A stretch of DNA of 64,000 nt from Bryobacterales bacterium (lineage in GTDB: Bacteria > Acidobacteriota > Terriglobia > Bryobacterales > UBA6623): the NCBI GenBank assembly GCA_965242625.1, contig CBDEST010000005.1:4467767-4531766 (forward strand), written 5' to 3'. The translations under genes and the position numbers were made by a program. The notes beneath the pieces were generated by a model that was given only the letters and a program-made list of their open reading frames with translations, was not told the DNA's origin and ran no database searches. Positions 49,999 through 58,504 of the stretch are shown in pieces. The stretch's first letter is position 1. Each line of letters begins with the position of its first letter.

Positions 49999-51711
49999 GT
50001 GTTACAAGCTGTCGCCCGGGACCGCGACGTCTATGACGCCGTGGTAGTCGGATCCGGTGCCACCGGCGGAGTGGCCGCGTGGCTGCTAGCCGAGGCGGGG
50101 CTCAAGACCTGCGTGCTGGAGGCCGGCCCGAAGATCACGGACGCGGACTTCACCGAGCACGTCATGCCCTACGAGCTGAAGTACCGGGGCAACTCGGCGC
50201 GCTTCGTCGGAGGCATCCCGAAGTCCCCGGAACTGATGCGTAACCGCCCGATTCAAGGGCTGGTGTACGCCTGCCGCGAGTCCAACTACAAGTGGTTCGC
50301 CGACGACGTCCGCAACCCTTACCAGACTCCCGACGGTAAGCCGTTCCATTGGATCCGGATGCGGGTTCTAGGCGGCCGGTCGCTGTCCTGGGGCCGCCAG
50401 TCCTATCGGATGGGCGATATCGATTTCCGGTGCGCGGATCGCGACGGTTACGGCGAGAACTGGGGGATCCGGCACGCCGACCTGAAGCCGTATTACGAGC
50501 AGGTCGAGCGCTATGTCGGCATCAGCGGTATCCCGGAGGGTTTGGACCAGCTTCCCGACAGCGTGTTCCAGCAGCCGATGCCCTTCACGTGCGGGGAGGC
50601 GCTCTTCCGTAAGCGTTTGCGGGATCGCATGGGGCGCGTGGCGACCATGGGCCGGAGCGCGATCATTACGAAGCCGCTGAACGGTCGCCAGCCGTGCCAT
50701 TACTGCGGGCCGTGCGAGCAAGGCTGCATCACGCACTCGTACTACAACAGCTTGACGACCACGCTCAAGGCGGCGATCGACAGCGGGAACTGCGATTTGG
50801 TGACCGATGCGGTGGCCAGCCACTTGACGCGCGATCCGCGCACCGGCAAAGCCGCCGGCGTGGCCTTTCTTGACCGCACGACCCGCGCCCCTCGTGAGGT
50901 GCGCGGAAAGGTGATCTTGCTGTGCGCGTCGACGTTGGAATCGACGCGGCTCCTGATGCACTCGGCAGACTACGGGCTGGACTTCAATTCCAGCGGCGTC
51001 CTCGGCCACTATCTGATGGACCACATCTACATGGGCGGGGCCGCCGGGGCCCTGCCGGAATTAGAGGCCAAGCCGTGGGTGGGCACGCCCACAAGGCCCA
51101 ACGGGATCTACGTGCCGCGCTTCCGCAACATCGACCGGCCCCACACCAACGGGATGATCCGCGGCTATGGATACCAAGGCGGGAGCCATCCGAGCTTCAA
51201 TCTGTCCGCCAAGGGGTTCGGGGCCGCGTTCAAGCAGGCGGTTCACGACCAGAGCTATTGGTCGTCGTTCCTGGGAGCGTGGTGCGAGTGCTTGCCGCGC
51301 TACGAGAACTATGTGACGCTCAACCGCGAGCGACCCGACGCTTGGGGGATTCCAACGCTCGACATCAACTTCGACTGGTCGGACAACGACAAGGCCCTAT
51401 GGCACGACGCGCGGGCGCAGGCAGCGGAAATGCTCGAGTCCACAGGGCACACGAACGTGCGCATGGTCGGCAAGCAATCCGTCGGCGGCTTCTGCATTCA
51501 CGAGGTCGGCACCGCGCGCATGGGGGAGGATGCCCGGAAATCCGTTCTCAACACTTGGACGCAAACTCACGATGTCGATAACGTCTTCGTCACGGACGGC
51601 GCGGCGTGGGCTTCGATCGGCTGCCAGAATCCCACCCTGACGATGATGGCGATCACCGCACGGGCGGCGGACTACATCGCCGAAGAAGGGAAGAAGGGGC
51701 GCTGGGCCTGA
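49999..51711 (+). CDS. GMC family FAD-dependent oxidoreductase
   Basis: GTG start. FAD-binding fingerprint YDAVVVGSGATGGVAAWLLAEAGLKTCVLEAG. C-terminal GMC motifs (HEVGTARMG, NVFVTDGAAW). Confidence 0.9.
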   Translation: MLQAVARDRDVYDAVVVGSGATGGVAAWLLAEAGLKTCVLEAGPKITDADFTEHVMPYELKYRGNSARFVGGIPKSPELMRNRPIQGLVYACRESNYKWFADDVRNPYQTPDGKPFHWIRMRVLGGRSLSWGRQSYRMGDIDFRCADRDGYGENWGIRHADLKPYYEQVERYVGISGIPEGLDQLPDSVFQQPMPFTCGEALFRKRLRDRMGRVATMGRSAIITKPLNGRQPCHYCGPCEQGCITHSYYNSLTTTLKAAIDSGNCDLVTDAVASHLTRDPRTGKAAGVAFLDRTTRAPREVRGKVILLCASTLESTRLLMHSADYGLDFNSSGVLGHYLMDHIYMGGAAGALPELEAKPWVGTPTRPNGIYVPRFRNIDRPHTNGMIRGYGYQGGSHPSFNLSAKGFGAAFKQAVHDQSYWSSFLGAWCECLPRYENYVTLNRERPDAWGIPTLDINFDWSDNDKALWHDARAQAAEMLESTGHTNVRMVGKQSVGGFCIHEVGTARMGEDARKSVLNTWTQTHDVDNVFVTDGAAWASIGCQNPTLTMMAITARAADYIAEEGKKGRWA

Positions 51712-51727
51712 CCGGCCGCTCGCGGTG

Positions 51728-52060
51728 TCATGGAACGGACTTGCGTGACCGGAGTTCGGACATCAAGTCGTACAGTCGTTCCCACGTGTAGATGCCGGTG
51801 GAGTGGCCGTCGCTCCAATAGATCTGGATCGCGTAGCGTCCGACCGGCTCGATCTTGGTCGGGTAGACCAAGATGGGCAGGAGGTTCGGCGTGACGATGC
51901 GCTCGCCGGTCAGCTCATCCACGCATGAAGCGCACGGACATTGCTCGCGCAGGAACCTCGCCGGATAGACTGCCTCCTCGCCGGTCTTCCAGAGGATTTG
52001 GACATCATGGTCACCATGGCGATTGATTTCGCGGGGCAGGGGATGCGGGCGGGCGGCCAT
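51728..52060 (-). CDS. DUF971 domain protein (gamma-butyrobetaine hydroxylase N-terminal-like)
   Basis: 110 aa. The pattern ..VQILWKTGEEAVYPARFLREQCPCASCVDELTGER.. and ..YAIQIYWSDGHSTGIYTWERLY.. is typical of DUF971. Confidence 0.8.
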   Translation of the reverse strand: MAARPHPLPREINRHGDHDVQILWKTGEEAVYPARFLREQCPCASCVDELTGERIVTPNLLPILVYPTKIEPVGRYAIQIYWSDGHSTGIYTWERLYDLMSELRSRKSVP

Positions 52061-52126
52061 CGGCTACACCTTGCAGTGTAATCCCGACGCCAGTGGACAA
52101 GACGACACCGCCGCCGGAGCGGTGGT

Positions 52127-53830
52127 TCAGTGCGCTTCGTGATCGTCGCGCATGTAGTGGCGGGAATCCACCGGCCGTACCAGAGCGTTGGAAATCATGG
52201 CGACGAATAGCAGGAACGCCATCAGGTACATGGTGGTGTTGTAGAGGCTCGGCGTAGGGTCCGGCGTGCCGTGCGGCGCGATGGCCAGTAGCTGCGACAA
52301 GGTCACGGTCTTGTTCTCGATCAGCACGTCCAGCTGCGAGATCGGCGCTCCGAACGTCTCGGTGAACCGGAACCGATCCACAGTCGCGGCTACCTCGCGA
52401 ATGGAATTGTCGAGCGAATGCTGTCGCAGGGTCGTGGTCGCGAGTGGACCTACGATGCCAGCCGCGCTCCACGCGGTGAGCACGCGTCCGAAGATCCCTG
52501 CGACGAATCGCGTGCCGAAAATGTCGGCGAGATAGGCGGGCATGGTCGCGAACCCGCCGCCGAACATCGTGAAGATGATCATCGTGGTGATGCAGTAGAA
52601 CGCCAGCCAGAAGAGGGGGTAGCCACCGCCCGCCTGCCACGCGGCGAGGGGAATCGACAGATACAGGAGAATGCCGCAGATGAAGAATATCCAGAAGGTG
52701 TTCTTGCGTCCAAGGTAATCCGAGGCGCTGGCCCAGATGATGCGCCCGACCATGTTGAAGAAGCTGATCGCGAGGACATAGGCGGCGGCGAAGCCTCCAT
52801 CCACGATCGCGGGCAGCGCATGACCAAAGATTTCGAGGACCATCGTTTGAGCGACGCCGATCACGCCGAGTCCCGCAGTCACGTTCAGGCACAGAACGAT
52901 CCACAACCGATAGAACTGCGGAGTCTTGAGAGCTTGGTCTCGATGGACGCTCCGCTGGGTGATCATTTTCTTGGCGGCCGCTTCGGCGGTCGGCGGCGTC
53001 CATCCCTTGGGCCGCCAGCCCTCGGCGGGAACCTTGTAGCCGAGCGCGGCTAGCACCATGAGCACGCCGAAGAGCAAGCCCATCGTGACGAATGTGGCTG
53101 TCGCGCCGACTGATCCGGTGCCGACCAGATAGACGCCCGGCAAGCCCGGAACGACCATGGCTGACGCTTCGGCAGCGCCGACCACCACCACCTCGCGCAG
53201 GCTCCCGCCGTATTCGACGAACCTCCGGCCCGTCTCCGTCACCAGTCCGAGGTCCGCAACCGCGCCCAGGTATTCGGGAGCTTGGTAGAACGTTTCCAGT
53301 AGATACCCTTTCAGCGGGGCCGCGATCATGGCGCCTCCGCCGAATCCCATGATCGCCATGCCTGTCGCCATTCCGCGACGGTCGGGAAACCAGCGAATCA
53401 GCATGCCGACGGGAGACACGTACCCTAGGCCCAACCCGCAGCCGCAGATCGCTCCGTATCCGATGTAGAGGAGCCAGAGCTGGTGAATGAAGATGCCGAA
53501 CGCCCCGACCAAGTGGCCGACGGTCCAGAACGCGGCGGCCAGCAAGCCAATCGTGCGCGGCCCCAGCCGTTCCATCAACTTGCCGGCGAATGCCGCGGAT
53601 ATTCCGAGGCAGAGGATCGCGACCATGAATACCCGGACCACCTCGCTGAGCGTCCAGTCGTCCGCGCTGGAGGCCGCCACGCCGAGCACCCTGGTCAGTG
53701 CGGGGTTGTAAATGCTCCACGCATAGACCGAGCCAATGCATAGGTGTATGCCGCAGGCAGCCGGAGGCACCAACCAGCGGTTGAAGCCGGGCTGGGCGAC
53801 GATGCTCTCCTTCGCGAAGAATCCGCTCAT
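52127..53830 (-). CDS. MFS transporter, oxalate/formate antiporter (OFA) family-like
   Basis: 567 aa, 12+ TM helices. The N-terminus NRWLVPPAACGIHLCIGSVYAWSIY is typical of OFA-type MFS. The same-strand off-frame ORF 52011..53894 is Arg/Gly/His-rich and rejected. Confidence 0.9.
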   Translation of the reverse strand: MSGFFAKESIVAQPGFNRWLVPPAACGIHLCIGSVYAWSIYNPALTRVLGVAASSADDWTLSEVVRVFMVAILCLGISAAFAGKLMERLGPRTIGLLAAAFWTVGHLVGAFGIFIHQLWLLYIGYGAICGCGLGLGYVSPVGMLIRWFPDRRGMATGMAIMGFGGGAMIAAPLKGYLLETFYQAPEYLGAVADLGLVTETGRRFVEYGGSLREVVVVGAAEASAMVVPGLPGVYLVGTGSVGATATFVTMGLLFGVLMVLAALGYKVPAEGWRPKGWTPPTAEAAAKKMITQRSVHRDQALKTPQFYRLWIVLCLNVTAGLGVIGVAQTMVLEIFGHALPAIVDGGFAAAYVLAISFFNMVGRIIWASASDYLGRKNTFWIFFICGILLYLSIPLAAWQAGGGYPLFWLAFYCITTMIIFTMFGGGFATMPAYLADIFGTRFVAGIFGRVLTAWSAAGIVGPLATTTLRQHSLDNSIREVAATVDRFRFTETFGAPISQLDVLIENKTVTLSQLLAIAPHGTPDPTPSLYNTTMYLMAFLLFVAMISNALVRPVDSRHYMRDDHEAH

Positions 53831-54002
53831 CGATCCCTCTCCGGAGGCAGGGGGCCCTTTCCAAGCCTCTCTTGGTCACGATGGACGGTAGCAAGGCCTG
53901 TCGCGCCGGTACGGCCGCTCACGGTCTCGCCTTTCCTGCGGCCGCGCCGCGGTGTCGATTCGAGAGTCTCGGCGATATGGATACGTTCGGGCACACCGGG
54001 GC

Positions 54003-55400
54003 TCAGTAGTCCTTGAAGGGGCCGCGTGGCCCGGTTTCCGCCATCGCGCGCGTCCATTCCCGGTAACGTTGCTCCATTCGTTTTCGGACGGCGGGGAGCG
54101 CTTCGCCGAGGTCGGTCGTCTCGCCAAGGTCCTCGGAAAGATCGAACAGTCCGCTGCCGCGCCGGGATTCGACCAATTTCCACTTTCCCACACGGGCGCC
54201 GTACTCGCCTTGGCGTTCCCAGAACATGCTTTCGCGAGGCGACGGCTCGTGACCTTGCAAGACCCGCAGCATGTCGAACCCGTCGAGGACTACCCCCTCC
54301 GGAGCTTTCGCGCCGGCGGCGGCTACCAAAGTCGGAAACACCTCCAGCGCCGACAGGAATTCGCCCGACACGGTTCCCGGCGGGATGTGCCCCGGCCAGC
54401 GCATCAGGAACGGCACGCGCACGCCGCCCTCGAACATGCGGCCCTTGCTACCGCGCAACGGACCGGCGTCTCCGGCACCGCCGGGACCGTTGTCCGAGAC
54501 GAAAATCACGATCGTGTCGTCACGCAATCGGAGTTCGTCCAAGCGGTCGAGTATGCGCCCGATCGAGGCGTCCATGCACGTGACCGCGGCCGCGAACTTG
54601 TGTCGTTTCTCGGCTTGCAGCCCGTCCGGGGAAGGGTACCGGTCCAGACATTTCCCGGGAGCTTGAACGAAACCGCGAATCCCGCGGTCGAGGCTCGACG
54701 CGCCGTGCGGAGCGTTGAAGGCGAGATAGACGAAGAAGGGGTCTTCCTTGTGTTCGGCAATGAATCGAAGCGTCTCGCGCTCGAAGAGATCGGTGGTGTA
54801 GGTCCCCTTGTCCTCCTCGGTCGGCGCGTTGCCCCGGTACATCGACGGGGTCCCGTAGCGTTCGTGCGTCCAGTAGTCGATCCCCGTGTTCACGAATCCG
54901 TAAAAGTCCATGAAGCCGCGCTGCTTGGGCAGGTATCGACGGAGCGACCCCAGATCCCATTTGCCGAACACGCCCGTCGCGTAACCGGCGTCCGCGAGAA
55001 CCTGGGAAAGCAGGACTTCCTGCGTATCCATCCCGAGAATGCGTTCCGGACTGATCGCGTACTCGTAATCCGGGTAGCGGTAGCCGTCATTGACGCGGTC
55101 GTTGCGAAAGTTGTCGTAAGTGCCGTTCCGTTGCGGGTAGCGGCCTGTCAGCAAGGCGCCGCGCGAAGGCGTGCAGACCGGGAACGCGGAGTAGTAGCTG
55201 GTGAGACGCGCTCCCTCGCTGGCCAACTCGTCCAAGCGCGGGGTCTGGATGTCCGGGCTGCCCATTGAGCCTAGATCCCGATAGCCCTGATCGTCGGACA
55301 CGATCAGGAGGATATTGGGCTGTCGCGCGACGAGCAGCGACGCCGTCGCGAGCACCAGAGCGGCGATCCGGCAAGCCACCGCACCATGGTAGTGAATCAT
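54003..55400 (-). CDS. sulfatase (Cys-type), secreted
   Basis: Signal peptide, NILLIVSDDQGY, CTPSRGALLTGRYP, and a C-terminal sulfatase core. The stop of the upstream gene overlaps this start (ATGA at 55397-55400). Confidence 0.9.
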   Translation of the reverse strand: MIHYHGAVACRIAALVLATASLLVARQPNILLIVSDDQGYRDLGSMGSPDIQTPRLDELASEGARLTSYYSAFPVCTPSRGALLTGRYPQRNGTYDNFRNDRVNDGYRYPDYEYAISPERILGMDTQEVLLSQVLADAGYATGVFGKWDLGSLRRYLPKQRGFMDFYGFVNTGIDYWTHERYGTPSMYRGNAPTEEDKGTYTTDLFERETLRFIAEHKEDPFFVYLAFNAPHGASSLDRGIRGFVQAPGKCLDRYPSPDGLQAEKRHKFAAAVTCMDASIGRILDRLDELRLRDDTIVIFVSDNGPGGAGDAGPLRGSKGRMFEGGVRVPFLMRWPGHIPPGTVSGEFLSALEVFPTLVAAAGAKAPEGVVLDGFDMLRVLQGHEPSPRESMFWERQGEYGARVGKWKLVESRRGSGLFDLSEDLGETTDLGEALPAVRKRMEQRYREWTRAMAETGPRGPFKDY

Positions 55401-56248
55401 CGTGTTCTGGCCACCGCGGCCTCGCGAGTCGTGCGCATGACAGTGCGCAGGGATGTCTTCGGCAGTTGCGAGAGCACAGGTCGCAGCATCCAGCGCAGGC
55501 TGGACGGGATGCCACGCGTCAACGTCACGGTCCGGTACTCGGCGACCACGCCGCCGTAGGCCTCTGCAAAGCGCCAGTACGTGTGCAGCCGCCAGAGGTA
55601 GCCGTTATCGTTGCCGACGGGGCTGAACCACTCGTCCGGCGACCCCGCCTTGTGGACCTCCCGGATGCTGGTGCTTCGCGATCGGCCCCACCACCGTCCC
55701 TCGCTCAAGCGGTCGTACTCGGCATCGTGCTCGGTCTCGAGCACCGCAGTGAGACCGGCGGATCGAACCATGCGCATCGCGACATGCAAGCGGGGGCCGT
55801 CGCGCGACAGGATCTTGGATGCCAGTACGGAAGGCGCGTAGGTCTCGGCGTGCGAATCGTAGCCGGTTACCACGTCAACCACCTGCTCCACCTTGACGTC
55901 TGGCACGAGCACGGCCGCGACCCAGTCGTGGATGAGTCCCCCCGGAATCGGCGCGTTCCCGTGGCTGGCGATCGGCGCGACGACAACCTTGCCGGCACGG
56001 AGCGCGTCGACGCGCTCTGGCAGTTCGGACGACCACAAGAACGCTTCCTGTCCCGTTAGGCGTCTCGAGAATTGCTGCTCCGCAGCTTCGGCGTAGGCGT
56101 CAAACGCCGCGATGGTCTCGGGTTGCAAGATCACGGCCGCGCGAAGCGTCCCGGCAAGACTTGGCAGCAGGACGGCAACCAATGCGCAAGGTGCCCAAGA
56201 GACCGTTGCCCGGCCAGCGCAGAGGCGCGGAATCTTTCGCAGTTTCAC
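55397..56248 (-). CDS. secreted hypothetical protein
   Basis: 283 aa with a signal peptide (..APCALVAVLLPSLAGTLRA). It has a 4-nt overlap with the downstream sulfatase gene. No recognisable family; it may be a lipid/ligand-binding beta-grip fold, but I cannot support that. Confidence 0.6.
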   Translation of the reverse strand: MKLRKIPRLCAGRATVSWAPCALVAVLLPSLAGTLRAAVILQPETIAAFDAYAEAAEQQFSRRLTGQEAFLWSSELPERVDALRAGKVVVAPIASHGNAPIPGGLIHDWVAAVLVPDVKVEQVVDVVTGYDSHAETYAPSVLASKILSRDGPRLHVAMRMVRSAGLTAVLETEHDAEYDRLSEGRWWGRSRSTSIREVHKAGSPDEWFSPVGNDNGYLWRLHTYWRFAEAYGGVVAEYRTVTLTRGIPSSLRWMLRPVLSQLPKTSLRTVMRTTREAAVARTR

Positions 56249-56360
56249 TTGGACCGACGAATGCAGGGTAGAGAGCCCCTGTGGATTAAACGCTCCCGAG
56301 CAAGATTCTGTTGCGTCGGAGAGGTACGGGCCAACGGTTGTGACCGCGCCAACCCTCTCG

Positions 56361-56831
56361 TCAGTATGGAATCCGGTCCGACCTTGCGTACCACTCGCGC
56401 ATCATTTCGATAGCGTCGGGCATGATCAGTCGCCGGTTCCACTTCTGCCGCTCATGCACCGGGTGTCGCAGATCGTGATTGAGCTGCTGATCGCAGAAGC
56501 CGACCGACGCGGCATCGTCCTCGGTCGCTGCGTACCAAATGCGGTCGATGCGCGCCCAATGGATCGCGCTCCAGCACATCCCGCACGGTTCGCAGGTAGA
56601 GTAGATCGTCGAGTTCGGGAGCCGAAAGTCGCCCGTTCTGCGGCAAGCGTCCCGGATGGCCTCGACCTCTGCATGCGCCGAGGGATCGATGTTCTCCGTG
56701 ACCCGGTTGACGCCTTCGCCCACTATCAAGCCGTCTTGCACGATCACAGCGCCGAACGGCCCGCCATTGTTCTCACGGACGTTCCTGCGGGCGAGCGCGA
56801 TAGCTCGTTCCATGAAATCGGCGTCTGTCAT
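56361..56831 (-). CDS. CDA-fold nucleoside deaminase, guanine deaminase (GuaD)-type
   Basis: 156 aa. GGPFGAVIVQDG, the zinc motifs HAEVEAIRDA and CEPCGMC, and the YAATEDDAASVGF segment resemble Bacillus-type guanine deaminase more than TadA. Confidence 0.8.
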   Translation of the reverse strand: MTDADFMERAIALARRNVRENNGGPFGAVIVQDGLIVGEGVNRVTENIDPSAHAEVEAIRDACRRTGDFRLPNSTIYSTCEPCGMCWSAIHWARIDRIWYAATEDDAASVGFCDQQLNHDLRHPVHERQKWNRRLIMPDAIEMMREWYARSDRIPY

Positions 56832-56843
56832 TCCGATTTCACC

Positions 56844-58235
56844 TTACACCCCGGATGCGCGCACCGCTTCCATCTTCTTGAAGTAGCGCCGCGCCTCGCC
56901 CATCACGCGCGGCGAGAGTAGCAGGGCCGAGGTCATGGTGGGGATCGCCATCATTGCAAACATGCCATCCGTGAAATCAATCACCGCTGTCAAGGAAATC
57001 ACGGACGCGACCACGATCATCCCCGTGTAGAAGTACCGGAAGTAGTGCTGGCGCTCGGCGCCAATCAGGAATCCCAACGACTTCTCCCCGTAGTAGGCGT
57101 ACGACAGAATCGTGCTGATCGAGAAGCAGAGCACGATGAGGATCATCAAGTAAGCTCCGAATCCCGGCAGGAACTTTTCGAAGGCGTCGGTCGTGACGGT
57201 CACTCCGCTGTGCTCCGTGTTTTTCCAAGTCTCGGCGCACAGGATGATCACCGCGGTGAAACTGCAGACCAGCAACGTGTCGATGATCGGTCCGAGCATT
57301 GCCACCAATCCCTCGCGTGTCGGTTCTTCGGTCTTGGCGGCGCCATGCACGAGAGCCTCGGTGCCCATGCCGGCTTCATTCGAGAACGCCGCCCTGCGGA
57401 CTCCCGTGATGATGACCGATCCCACGGCACCGCCTGCTACAGCATGTCCCGTGAAGGCGTCCGTCACGATCAGCTTCAACACGCTCGGCACCTCTGGAAG
57501 ATGCAGCATCAGCACGACAATTGCAGTCAAGAAGTAAAGGCTGATCATCGCCGGCACGATCTTCGACGTGACCTGGCCGATGCGCTCGATGCCGCCGATG
57601 ATCACCGCGCCGGTAATCGCGGCGATTGCCAAGCCGCTGACGAGATTGAACGCGAACATCTCGCCGCGTGATGCCGCGTCCACCCAGCCCTCCGGGATGG
57701 CGACTACTTCGCGCAGGATTTGCGTGAGTTGATTCGCCTGCAGCAACGGGAGCGTGCCTCCGAGCGCGCATATCGCGAAGAAGGATCCAAGCGGCTTCCA
57801 ACGCTTTCCGAGGCCGTAGAGAATCGTGTACATGGGACCGCCCTGCACGGCTCCGCGACTGTCGGGTCCGCGAAATTGGATGGCGCACGTGCAGGTGAAG
57901 AACTTGGTCGCAATCCCCAGCGTCGCGCACAGCCACATCCAGAAGACGGCACCCGGCCCGCCGGTCTGGATCGCGATGGCCACGCCGCTGAGGTTGCCCA
58001 TGCCGATCGTGCCTGCCATCGCGCCGCTGAGCGCTTGGAAGTGCGTGATCTGTCCGGTGTCGTGAGAGTCGTCGTACTTGCCCATTAGGATCTGGACGCC
58101 GTGCCGGATGTTCCGAAACGGGATCAAGCGGGAGTAGATGAGGAAATACAGCCCGCCCCCTAGCAGTAAAACCAGCAGCCATGGGCCCCACGCGAGAGTC
58201 GCGAACGTCGAAGTCAGCGTTGCGATCGAATCCAT
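56844..58235 (-). CDS. alanine/glycine:cation symporter (AGCS family)
   Basis: ORF 56844..58430 is trimmed to ATG 58235 (MDSIATLTSTFATLAWGPWLLVLLLGGGLYFLI..RNIRHGVQILMGKYD), the usual AGCS N-terminus. Further motifs: GQITHFQALSGAMAGTIGMGNLSGVA, FSNEAGMGT. Confidence 0.9.
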   Translation of the reverse strand: MDSIATLTSTFATLAWGPWLLVLLLGGGLYFLIYSRLIPFRNIRHGVQILMGKYDDSHDTGQITHFQALSGAMAGTIGMGNLSGVAIAIQTGGPGAVFWMWLCATLGIATKFFTCTCAIQFRGPDSRGAVQGGPMYTILYGLGKRWKPLGSFFAICALGGTLPLLQANQLTQILREVVAIPEGWVDAASRGEMFAFNLVSGLAIAAITGAVIIGGIERIGQVTSKIVPAMISLYFLTAIVVLMLHLPEVPSVLKLIVTDAFTGHAVAGGAVGSVIITGVRRAAFSNEAGMGTEALVHGAAKTEEPTREGLVAMLGPIIDTLLVCSFTAVIILCAETWKNTEHSGVTVTTDAFEKFLPGFGAYLMILIVLCFSISTILSYAYYGEKSLGFLIGAERQHYFRYFYTGMIVVASVISLTAVIDFTDGMFAMMAIPTMTSALLLSPRVMGEARRYFKKMEAVRASGV

Positions 58236-58326
58236 TTGTCTAGCATAGGCTAGGCACGGCAGCGGCACGCATCCTCGCTCTCCGGGCTGATCGGGACGAG
58301 TTGCCGACCGCTCCGCCAAGTGTTGT

Positions 58327-58362
58327 CCGGGCAGATCGCATGAGTGCTTCATGCCTGCCCGG
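58327..58362. promoter_or_regulatory. strong imperfect-palindrome hairpin in the divergent AGCS / TPP-enzyme intergenic region
   Basis: CCGGGCAG (58327-58334) pairs with CTGCCCGG (58355-58362). GCATGA (58338-58343) pairs with TCATGC (58349-58354). There is a 3-nt bulge and a 5-nt loop, giving 14 bp in total. The hairpin lies about 92-127 nt upstream of the AGCS start. Confidence 0.3.
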
Positions 58363-58504
58363 GTGATGGATATTGACGGGCAGCGGAGGAGGCACATGCT
58401 TGAATTGCCACCGAGATTCGCGGTACCCACTCCCGGTCTGACTGGGTGCTCCGGGATGCGCGTTCGCTCTCGCTTTCTGTAGACTCTTGGCAGGAGGTTT
58501 CGTC

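Noticed and set aside
58236-58504. A canonical tandem glycine riboswitch upstream of the AGCS symporter gene.
   Set aside because: The only exact GGAGAG is not followed by a CCGAAGG..GCAA core. The better-ordered fragment set has insertions inside the conserved cores and about twice the normal spacing. I therefore report it as an unclassified structured leader, not as a glycine riboswitch.
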